From: Geosiphon pyriformis uo1
Lineage: Eukaryota > Fungi > Glomeromycota
DNA: 64,000 nt
Assembly: GCA_016748015.1 (NCBI GenBank)
Contig: JAAOMT010000034.1
Location: forward strand, 186,001 to 250,000
Direction of reading: 5' to 3'
The notes under the pieces are model-generated. The model was not told the DNA's origin. It did not search any database and saw only the letters and a list, made by a program, of their open reading frames with translations. Positions 52,601 to 63,500 of this stretch are shown in pieces (position 1 is the stretch's first letter; the number at the start of each line of letters is the position of its first letter). A program made the translations under genes and the position numbers.

Positions 52601-53188
52601 CTGACATTTTGGGGAAGCATCTTTTGTATGGATCTGATGTTGAACAATATCCGTTTTTTCAAGGTCATTGTTGTCTTTTGCAAATATATCTGCAAATTCA
52701 GTTATCAATTGTTTCAATTGTCTTTGTTGTTGAGATTTTAAGGGACTCATGTTGATTCGAGAGAGTTTTTCTTCCAAAAAGTGGTAGTTTTCAGTAATGA
52801 GAATGATATTTGAATTTGGAAGTAGAGTGTGCCTTACAATTTCGATGAAATTAGAGACAATTTGAGGGTTTTCATCTTGAAAGATATTGCTGTGTATGAT
52901 TCCAATTTCTACTTTGTTTAATAAGACAATAGGGTAATTATTGGGGTTGTAGAATGTAACTTGAAATTTTTTTATTTCTTTGGGAATATAAACGTTTGGA
53001 ATTGAGATTTCATGCTTCAAACAGATTTGTTCATTGGATTCAAAGATTTGTTGGGTAATAGTGGGTTTTGAGCAAGTGTAAATTTCGTGATGTTCTCCAA
53101 AAGATGAAATGGTAATTGGTTGGGGAAGTTGAAGAATCTGGTAAGATTCATTTTGTATTTTAAGGGCTATGTTTACTGGAACTGTAAA

Positions 53189-53610
53189 TCATCCAGTTGA
53201 ACCAAAACTTTGAGTTCCTCTTTCACTTTTTCCCAATTGTTTTCTGTTGTTTACTGATTGTAAACCTGAAATGTTGATTAAGGGTAAGTAAATTGTTTGA
53301 GCAATTTTTTCAGCATGTTCAATTTTGAATGGTTTGTCTGTCTCATTCTGTAACATAATGGTAATGTTTTCAGTATATCCTGCATCTATAACTTCTCCTC
53401 TAATATTGATTTCTTTGCTTGCCAATAATGATCTGGAGGCAATTTGAACTATTGCTTCTGGTAGAATTTCAAGAGCAATTTTGAGATTGATTTTTGTCAA
53501 GAACTTTGGTTGGAGAACCAAAGTATCTTTTCCTGGGTATCTTAGGTCATATTCAGCATCAATTTCGTGTTTTTCTGGTCTGATTTCTTGGCCATGGTTG
53601 TCAAAATATT
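53189..53610 (-). pseudogene. dut: Trimeric dUTPase domain within the retrotransposon polyprotein
   Basis: All five motifs are recognisable: DA(G)YDL, ASRS, VIDAGYT(G), KIAQ and RGTQ(G)FGSTG. Confidence 0.92.
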
Positions 53611-54599
53611 TAAGTTGTAGAGATGGTTGCTTTTCAAGAAGATAGATGGGGGTGGTTGGTAGTTCTTCTACCAGTTTAAATACTCCAAATTCGATTTCAT
53701 TTTCATCATTTTCATCTGGCAAAGGAATGCTAAGAGCATAACATTCTAAACACCATTGGTCATCACAAGGCATAACACATTCTTCACACAATTGAATGTT
53801 CATTTGCTCTAATCATTGAATTTAAGCTTTTTTGGTCGGATATGTGTGGCTTGCAATTTGGTGGTAGGTTTCTACTTCATCTTCATAATCAAATCCAGCT
53901 AATTCTATGGTATACTCAATGTATTCAGCTTTTTTTATTTGGTGGACATCTTCTTGGGTGGCTCTATTGATCAATGCCATTGCTAGGTCAAAAATCATTT
54001 CAGTATCATGAGAGTAGTGGTAAAATTTATTGAAAGCACTGTTGTATGCTGCATTAAATGGTGTTCCTCTTCTGACTTTTTCCGAAATTGATAGAGCATA
54101 TTGACAGGTCTGATTATATACTCCTCCTCTCATTGCTACATCAATCCAATTGCATTCTTCTGGTAGTATTTCTTTACAAGTAAGACAAGGAGTTTTGTCC
54201 CATTTTTCACTTCTTTTTGGGGATCCAAATCATTCTCTATGGGATGCCTTGCAGAAGTAACAAGTGTGAGTTTCATATTCTTCTTCTGGAGAAATACAGG
54301 CTCTCATAGATGAAAAGCTTTTTTTTGCAATCTTTGCATTTTAGTGGAATGTATGGTGGTTTTTTTCATGGTTCTGGTGTGGAATATCTAACTTTTTTCT
54401 ATCCTCTTGATTTTTCAAAAATCTTTTGTTCTGTTTCCTCAGCCCAGTTAGATGGTGATCCAAGAGCCATGTAGGTTTCAGTGAGTGACATTTTCTTCTC
54501 TTCTTCAATTTCAAATACTGGAGCTTTTTCTGATCATTTGTTAAAAGTACCACAGGTTGCAGATACTATGATATATTGTCCTTAGTATGAGATTTTAAG

Positions 54600-54914
54600 T
54601 TCTTGAGTTTCCCAGTTCAGATTTGCATTGGTCTTGAGAAGCCAATTATTTCCGACTAGAGCTTGGTATTAGGGTGCATCCATAACAAGAACTTTAACTG
54701 GAATGGTGATTCCATTAATTGTAAAGGGGAAATCATCAATTTCTTTTACTGGAGTCTTCTTTATACCATCAGCTGTGACAATAACTGTTTGAGCTGGTCT
54801 GTTTATGTTTCGTTTGAGTTGTTGCATCAGCTGGTAAGTAATGATACTTCCAGCCAATCTACTATCTAAGATTAAGCAAATGGGTTTTCCTTCTACTATA
54901 GCTTCTGTATACAT
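54600..54914 (-). pseudogene. Retroviral-type aspartic protease
   Basis: LILDS(G)..GSII (intact LILDSGSAG in element C), IVTADG, LVGNNWL. Confidence 0.85.
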
Positions 54915-54999
54915 AGCAATAATTGCTTTCTGTTTATTGACTGCTATATTACTAAACAGAAATGGTAATTCATTTGCTTCAAATTCAAATGGAAATATA

Positions 55000-56962
55000 T
55001 CTGACAGATTGGCATTTTGGGCAATTTGAGCTGGTGGAATGGTATGGTTGGAAGGGTTTGATCTTGGTGCTGCAACTTCACCTTCAGAAAGTACAGTTTG
55101 TTGAAAATCTGATTTCTCTGGTATTGTAAGATAACTGGGTTGAGTGTGATAGTAATTGGGTCTTTGCTGACCAGAATTTCAGAGAACCAACTGGTTATTT
55201 GAATTAATTCTGTTGTTGTTACTCTGCAATTAATTTTGGGGTGTGAATTGGTTATGTTGAACCAATCTTTTTGCTGGTACTTAATATTGTTGAGTGGGTG
55301 GTGTTTGATATGGCTCAATTGGTAAAGATTGTTGATATTGTTGCTGCATTGATTGTGGAGCTAGTGGATAGTAACTGTTTTGATTTTGTGGTCTTGGTAA
55401 ATAATAGATTGGTGGTGGAGATTGGTAATAAGATTGTTGTAGTGAAAAGTAACGTTGATTACTCCTGTTTTGTTGGTTTTTTTGTAATTTCCTACAATTT
55501 CGTTTCCAGTGTCCTGGAATTCCACAATAATGACAATTTTGAGGTTGGTTGTTAGATGGTAATCCAAAATTGTTTTGGTTGTGTTATTGTGGGGGTTGAT
55601 ATCTTTGTGGTTGTTGTTGCTGTTGTTGTTAGTTTGTGAAATAGCTTTCAATCTTTTTTGTAAGTTGGTCTATTTTCTCTTCAGCTGCTGAGCTGGTTTC
55701 TCCAATTGCAAAGTTTACAAGCTTGGTGTGATTTGCTTCTTCTATTGTCATTTCATAGCTCTTTGAATGTCTAATAGCAGTTGCTAAGTCTGCTAGAGCA
55801 TGTGGATGGACTTTCTTAGTTTGTCTTTTAACCCTGCTATAAACTGATCCAGAATTTGAGCATCAGAATAGTAGTCATTAGTTTTTAATTGTCAGATTTG
55901 TTTGAAAAGTTTGTTAAATTTTTTAAGATAAGTCATAACAGTTTTAGATGTTTCTTATTTGATATTGTGAAAGTGGTTTCTGAGAATAATAGAGGTATTG
56001 TTGTTGGTGAATTGTTATAGAAAAGCATCTTTGAATGCTTGCCAGTTTTCAAATGGTTCTTTTAAATTTTCAAATCATTCTTCTGCTGTTTCTTGGAGAA
56101 AGTAAGGAATTGCTTTAAGCATTCTTGCTGCAATCCAACAATTTGCATCTCCTGCTTTTTGAACTTTGTCAAATCATTCTTGAGGACTGGTATTATTGTC
56201 TTCACTAGTAAATTCTGGAATTTTTGCAATGTAAGCAGTTGCCATTTTTTCTTCATTTCCTGTAATTTCTTTTGGTTCTGATTCAGTTTCTTCACTTTCC
56301 AAGCTTTCTGAATGATTACTTTTGTTTTTCTGTAAGTAATCAATGATATTGGCACTTGTTGATATTGGTTCTTGTTGTTGAGTAGGATTTTTAGGTGACT
56401 GAAAATCTTCTGGTCTGGAGAAATGGTTAAGTAGTAAACTTGGTGTTTGTGATTGAACAAGTGAAATTAGAAATGGTGTAATAGAAAGTGGTAATTTGAC
56501 ACTGGTTCCTTGTTCAAGTGTTTGCAAGTGTTTGGCAGTTGTCTTTAATAGTATTGGAGTGTTTGGAGTGGTTTTTGAGTATTGTTTTACTTTTTGTTTG
56601 CCTTTGTTGCTTGTCTCTGTTTCTGATTCAAAGTTAAAAGAGTATTTGGGCTGTACTGGGTATTTTTCTTTACAGTACTCAATAATATTAAAATTAAGTT
56701 CTTGAAAGTAGGTAGCAAGTGTTTCACTGTTTAGGTCTTCTGTTTCCAATTGTGAATAGTACACTAAATTATTGTAGAAGTTGTTTCTAACTTCTGAAAT
56801 GTTGTAGTTTCCAAAAAGATAATTGTTGATGCAATTTTCAATATATTGGTATACTGATTTCTTAACAACTTCAATTCTGTCTGGGATGTTGAATCTTTGC
56901 TTGCAGTGAGTGTAAATTGACTGATGATACTCTAGAGTTGTTGTGTCTAGTGTAGTCGCCAC
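55000..56962 (-). pseudogene. gag: gag: N-terminal extension, capsid (from ATG 56245) and CCHC knuckle
   Basis: MATAYIAKIPEF…, capsid-like QFIAGL, CHYCGIPGHWKRNC at ~55494-55535, Q/P/N-rich linker. Confidence 0.85.
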
Positions 56963-56990
56963 TTTGAATTTGTTGTTGCTGTGTTATTTC

Positions 56991-57005
56991 CATGGGAGAG
57001 CACCA
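56991..57005 (-). promoter_or_regulatory. Primer binding site of element B
   Basis: TGGTGCTCTCCCATG, 2 nt after the 5' LTR end. Confidence 0.85.
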
Positions 57006-57007
57006 AA

Positions 57008-57993
57008 TGTTACCAGAGGTTTTTGGTCTCTTTTTTTGAATGTTGTAACTGTCTGTTGGTTGCAAATTTACGTTTTCTAGAAGTAGTTGAACCTCCAATA
57101 ACTGAATTTATCTTCAAATTATCTCCTATAATTTAAATTGCTGGGCTTATAAATGGAATGACCAATTCCTTGCCAGTTACTTTATGTAGTTACATTGTAG
57201 TAAATGTCAACTCTTTCCCAGGAATTGCTCATCTGGAAGCTCACTAAAAATGTGTAGTTACTTTGCTGTAAAAGTCAACTCTTCTACAGAAATCTCGTCT
57301 GTAGACTACTCTAATGATGTAATAAGAAAAGAAAAGAAAAATAAAAGAAATGTAAAAGAAATAGGATTTTATCAAGGGAAACGTTTTCTATCTAGGCCTG
57401 GAGTCACTACCAGTTTACTGAAATTGGTAGCTAATTAATTTCAAAACGTTAGTTGGGTTTTGGGAATTTTCTAAGTACAATAATTAAAGAATTTGGTTTT
57501 TTGAATTATTTGATATTTTTTTTTTGTGTGTGTAGGAATGGTTCTAAGTGATAAATCTAAAGTAAGATACATTTTCTTGAAAAGAAAAGCTCTTCTTTTA
57601 TACAACTTGTTGCAGTACTAGTCTATGAACTTGCACTTTTTCTCTTTGCTCAAATTTTGGTGAACTTAAGATACATTTTGATAAACTACAAGTTATTTTG
57701 CTGAACTATTGATTAATTTGGATGAACTATTTATAATTTCGGCGAATTTCTATAAATTTCGGCGAATTTCTGTAAATTTCGGCGAATTTTAGAATGTTAC
57801 AAAGTTCAGGGTATTGTGTAATTTGATTATCCTACTTTTTGTTATACTAATTGGATTATTTAATTGAATCGTAATATGTGATAATTGATTAAATAATAAA
57901 TGATAATTTGAAATGATATTAATATACTAATTAATTATAGGAATTATAAAGGTAATTTCATGCTAATTAATAGCTAAAATTCTACTGATAACA
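57008..57993 (-). repeat. 5' LTR of element B (986 bp)
   Basis: Direct repeat of 48095-49083. Contains three ~20-bp AATTTCGGCGAATTT repeats (57735-57790). Confidence 0.95.
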
Positions 57994-59016
57994 CTATTGA
58001 GAAATACAACAAAAAGCCTGAACCACTTAGAAACAGGGCCATGAAAGTCTAACCTCTTCCAATGCTTGAAGATGTGCCAATCAAAGACAGAACTATGATG
58101 ATTATAAAGTTGATCCACAAAGACAATACTATACTGTCAGAGAAAAGAGAAAAACCTAAGAAACTGTAATTCACCCAAAACAGTAGACATAGAAACCCCA
58201 CCACAAAACCAAAAGAGATTGGCCAAAGAGCTACTCAGAAACAAATTACAATTAAGAAGAACACAAATCATGTCTACCAGAAAGTTATTGGAAGTACTGA
58301 CACAAATACAAACAGGAGAACTCAAAGGATGAACAGGGCACCAGCACAGAACTTGCAAGTCATGAGATCTGTGAGAGAACAAACAACTCAGGATACCACC
58401 AAAGTTTGCAAAACTAACAAGAGAAGCCACCTTGCTCTCAGACTGAACTTGAAAGAAAAACTTCAAACCATAAAAAGAGAGGTGATAAATTATATCACTA
58501 GGAAAATTAAAAGGTAGACTGAATTTAAGCTTCAAACCCTTATGAATCAAAGCATCTTACTTGTTGTACATACCAATAGGAATAACGCTGAACTGCGTTT
58601 GATAACTAACTATAGGATGAAAAACTGTTGACACCAAATATAAGAATTGCTTATCTAAGACAGCTTTTTTCAGGACCAGATTGGTAAAAAAACGAACGTT
58701 CGAATTTGCTTTCACCAAACTAGACTTTGACAGGCCCTTAGTTAAAAGAAAAATATCCAAATATTGATAAAATTTACTCTTTTTGGCAATGGATATTGGT
58801 GAGCCACTAATAGAAAGAAAAAGATTGCTAATTCTGCTATTGATGGTGTTATTCATAAAAAAAAACAGATATAGAAAATAGCAGACCAATAAAAGAATAG
58901 TAATTAGCACATGAGCATATTGCTCAGTAATGTGGAGCAATGTCAGAAATCATGGCATATTGTTCAGCAATGTGGAGTAATGTTAAAAAATTAGAGCACA
59001 TCACTCAGCAATATGA

Positions 59017-59891
59017 TGTTACGGAATAGTCTTCTTGTTATATTTAATTGCTGATATCCCGTTTTAATTACAATCAGTCTTTCATGAGTTTCTCAATTCT
59101 ATTTGTGTGATAATGTCACTATTATACTGAAGGCTTTCTTTTTAATGTTGCGATGTAAGTTATTCCTCGATTCCTAATTGTTGTGTGTGTTTATGTACTC
59201 CTTTTCAGAGGCTGAACTGAAATCTACCCACTGTCTGGGGTCTTCTCTGAGGCTATCTTTGCAATTGCCTGATGTGTTTCTCTAATCTAAAAACACAGAA
59301 TGTTAATGGCCTTTAGTGCTTTTCTTAATTCTTACAATAAAGCTTTTATCAATTAGTAACAATGTGAATAATCTTGATCAAGAATTATTCTTCCAAGAGA
59401 TTCAGCTGATGAATGATAGTTTCATTCAATAAATAATACAAGTAAGTTTCTTAATACTTTGGGTTATGATAATTTAGTTTTAAATATTCTTTTTCATTTC
59501 TTTTTGATTTAAAGGTTTCTTGGAATATTTAATTTGAAAGTACGATTTAAAGTGGAGTTTGTTGGATAAAATTGGATCTATTGCTTGATAAGTTATGATT
59601 TTTATTACTTGATTGTCTTTTCCCAATATTAAAGCTACTGTATATATATATGTTTGTAGTTCTATGAGAAAACACATTGTAATACTTTTTTTTTGATATT
59701 TCAACCTGGTGTTTGCTGCTATCACCAGTTGGTGTTGGCTGTTATTGTGAATTGGTGCTTGCCACTATCGCGAGATGGTGTTTGCTACTATATTAATCAT
59801 TACCTTTCTAAGATTATTACTGCGCTATATTATGATTGAATAGTTTGTATTATTTTTATGATTCTTTTTGCTAAATTCTTAAACCATAACA
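59017..59891. mobile_element. Solo LTR (family E) nested in the 5' LTR of element C
   Basis: TGTTA…TAACA termini with a perfect 4-bp TSD ATGA (59013-59016 and 59892-59895). Removal restores continuity with the other family-C LTRs. Confidence 0.88.
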
Positions 59892-60576
59892 ATGAGTATT
59901 GCTCAAGAAATCATAACACATTGCTCGAAAATGTGAGCGATCTTGTAGAACATCAATTATGTATATATAGCGGTAGCATTAGAGATAAAAAAAGCAGAAT
60001 CTTTTAGTTAGAAATCTTCTATCCACAAATATTAAATAAATAAATCATCTACTATCCAAATTTACTCTTCACTATTAACACTTCATGTTGATAGTAATTA
60101 ATACTTAACTATGCTGGAACAATAGCTCTTGATTACAGCTATTGACAAGATACTAATTTGCATATTGCCTTGGCTTCTTTTTTTATTTCCTTTTATTTTT
60201 CTTTTGTTCTTTGATTTTTTTTATTGAATACTAACTGATTAAGGATTAAAGTACTAAGTAATTGACATCATGGATAGCCTGGTAAAAGACCCAAAAATAA
60301 GGATAAAATTATATATATATTATCAAATAGCTTATCAGAAGAGCATGAATGCCAGAATAAATCCAGCCACCAAGCTGAGAAAGAAATTGGGAAAACAACT
60401 TAAAAATACAACCACCATCAATCTTAAAAGATCTCTGTCTATTATACAAAAGACTTAACTCTAAAAATCTTCAGATACAACTAACATACCAGTATTATCA
60501 GCATCGTCAAGATATTGAGCACCAAGTTACAGATTTGTTATTTAATTTGAAACCCCAAATAATCATCTGTAACATT

Positions 60577-60593
60577 TGGTGCTCTCTGTGAGG
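60577..60593 (+). promoter_or_regulatory. Primer binding site of element C
   Basis: TGGTGCTCTCTGTGAGG, 2 nt after the LTR end TAACA. Confidence 0.88.
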
Positions 60594-63500
60594 TATAATC
60601 CTACAGAAAACCAGCACCATTAACAATCATCCAAAAGTGGCAGAATCAGAAATCATAGGAACAAACCATTTAGAATTCGCCAAATCTTTATTTCAACAGT
60701 ACAGTCAACAATTAGGATTGAACAATAATCATTTCCCAGCAGAATTAGTCTTTAACTTCTACGTCAACAATAAAATCACAGAGTGCTTAAGAGGAACAGT
60801 TAACATTGAAGCAGCAAGGGAAAACTTCTATACAGAATTATTTCAACATACCAGCTTATCAAAAAACTACAGTTTTGTATCAATTATTAGGGAAATTAAT
60901 CAAACTATTGAAAAGTATACACAACAACAATTCTCCATTACCTATGCAGATAAAGGCAAAGAAAGATTGCAAACCCCAGCAGTAACACTAAAACAAATCC
61001 AACCACCCAATTGGAAGAAAACTCGAGTTGAATTACCCACCAATCCATCATACCATTATATGTCTGAAAGCACCATCAACATTTCATTAACAGACGCATC
61101 TACATCAAACGTGACATCAACCTTTGAATGCTTCCCATTTCAAAGTAAACAATGAAAAGCAGAGTGATTAGGACCATACAGTGATTACTTTAAAGGATTT
61201 AAATTATAATTGCCAATGCTATCAGGATTCCGATCACTGCTACCACAGCCAGATTTCGGAACTGTGAGTTCTTAGGAATTAACAGAATCAGAAGAAAAAC
61301 AGGAAAAAAAAAAAGAATCTGAAGATCAAGAATTTACTTACCAGAACCCGATCCCAGAAAACCCAGAAATTGAAACTCCAAATTTTTAAATGCAGCACAA
61401 TCAGAACAATCGAAACCCCAACATTAATAATCAACAACACTTATCTCCAATAATTATGATCAATCCACCTCCAGCTCCACCAATTGATGAATGGCAACAA
61501 CAGCCACTTCAATTACCTTAACTACCACAGCAACCACTTCTACTGTCACAACAACAACAATTTCAACAACCCAACTTAGATCCAATGGCATATGTATCAA
61601 TAGCCAAACTAGAAAAATTCACTAGTGAAAAAGATGATGCCTAAGTATGGTTAAATGATGTGGAGAAAGCCATTGCAGCTAATGGCTAGAATGATGCCAG
61701 AGCCATGCAAGCCATTCCATATTTTCTTCAGGATACTGCCAATTCATGGTACCAAAGTCTGGTCAACAAACCCCAAGATTTCAATGCATTTAAAATAGAG
61801 TTCTTAAGATACTTCAGCAACAATAACAGCATTAACAAGCTAGTAAATATCTTTACGATCATCAAACAAGGAGAAAATAAAGCAGTCACTATCTACTTAG
61901 GATGCTTCCACAGGAATCTGCACCAGATCCAAGCCATCAACCCCAATTATTTCACAGTAGTCCAGATTCTAAATCAGTTTATTCGTGGATTATGCAGTAG
62001 CATCCTGCAACACATACATTCAATACATCTCATCGATCTACAAGCAGCCATCACAAATGCCAGAGATTTTGAAGCCGCTGAACTCAAAACTAACCATGTT
62101 CAAGCCATTAATCTAGTAATGAATGGATCATTTGAATTGGATTCCAAACTAAAACAATTTAATGATTCCATCAATCAGAAATTAGAGAAATACTTAGTTG
62201 ACAATCATGCAATTTATCAACCACTACAATGATGCAATAATTCCGAAAACACGAATTATTTCCAGAATCAGTCACATCCATCATCATTAACCAATCAACA
62301 ATGGCAACAAGAAACATATGTTTGCCACTATTGTGGTAAACAAGGACACCTACAAATCAATTGCTGCTATTGTTTAAATAACCAATAATCGGAAAATCAA
62401 TATCGAAACTCTGATCGCTGGTTTCAAATTCCAAATAATCCACCAAACTCTGAACCATATCATCAGAATTACTTACCTATGATGCAACAGACATCTTATC
62501 AACCATCATTATATTAAATGCTGATTTATCAACTAATGACACCAGTAATTTATCAGCCACAACCACAATCCATTTATTAGCTACAGCCTCAGGTAATATA
62601 TCAGTCCCAACAAATTCAAACACCACCACAAAACTTATCTCAAAATGGAATCCAAAAGCCAAGATTGACCCAACAAAACTGGAGATCATCAATGATAGTT
62701 CACCAACTGATCCTCAGTTCTTCCACACAACCAGGAAGATCTTGACAATAGAATTTGGGCACCAGGTACACCCAAAACCCGAATTCCCAGAACTATTTAA
62801 GTTTTCTGGTTACTTCAGAAGATGCCACTTTGAACAAACCGGAACCAAATCAACCAGCAAAACCTATCCACAACATTCCACCAGCAACTATCACCAAAGA
62901 CGAATCTTTAGCTGCCATCTTTTTCTTTGAACTTAAGGAAACCACAACAGTACTACTGTTTAGTGGGGCCACTCTAGAAAAAAAAACCATCATAGCTATG
63001 TACACTGATGCCAAAGTTGATGGTTAGTTCATCAAACTGATCTTGGACAGTGGATCAGCTGGCAGCATTATCACAAGACAACTCATAGACCAATTAGGTC
63101 GCTGGGTTGATCGAGCTGTCAGTGCATACATTATCATAGTTGATGAAGCAACCAAAACTCCAATTGGTGAAATTGATAACTTCTTGATTAAGATCAATGG
63201 CATTATGATACTCATCAAAGTCTTTGTAATAAAAGCCACTCAGTACCAAGTGCTAGTTGGTAATGACTGGCTCACCAAAACAAATGCCATCCTTGATTAG
63301 ACCACTCAAAAGTTGCAGCTCAGCCAGAACAGCCAACACATGAGGGTACTAGCAATGTGTGGCTATTTCAAACCCAGCAGTGTTATGCCAGTCCCACTAA
63401 TTGAGTTTAAGGAAGAGAAAAGAAAACCAACATGAGAGACATATCAAGTCTTGTGGGCCAATGAAGACCACAACAAGCTGCTGCCAATACTATCATGGAA

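Larger units (their letters stand above)
48095..57993 (-). mobile_element. Full-length (9.9 kb) Ty3/Gypsy LTR retrotransposon B, mutationally inactivated
   Basis: Paired LTRs 57008-57993 and 48095-49083, PBS, gag with CHYCGIPGHWKRNC, PR, dUTPase, RT, RH, IN in Gypsy order, PPT, and 4-bp TSD CCAT/CTAT. Confidence 0.96.
46841..58846 (-). mobile_element. LINE (post-RT region, RNase H, Zn finger, 3'UTR, poly-A) split by element B and cut by element C
   Basis: Segments 46841-48094 and 57994-58846 rejoin in frame (…WFRLFVVFL-NGKDFSLT…). RNase H YTDKS/VELQAI/DSQSAL/KDHSG..GN; CLYCGD...HMFSC. 3'UTR like that at 31650-31770; A-rich tail 46841-46866. Confidence 0.88.
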
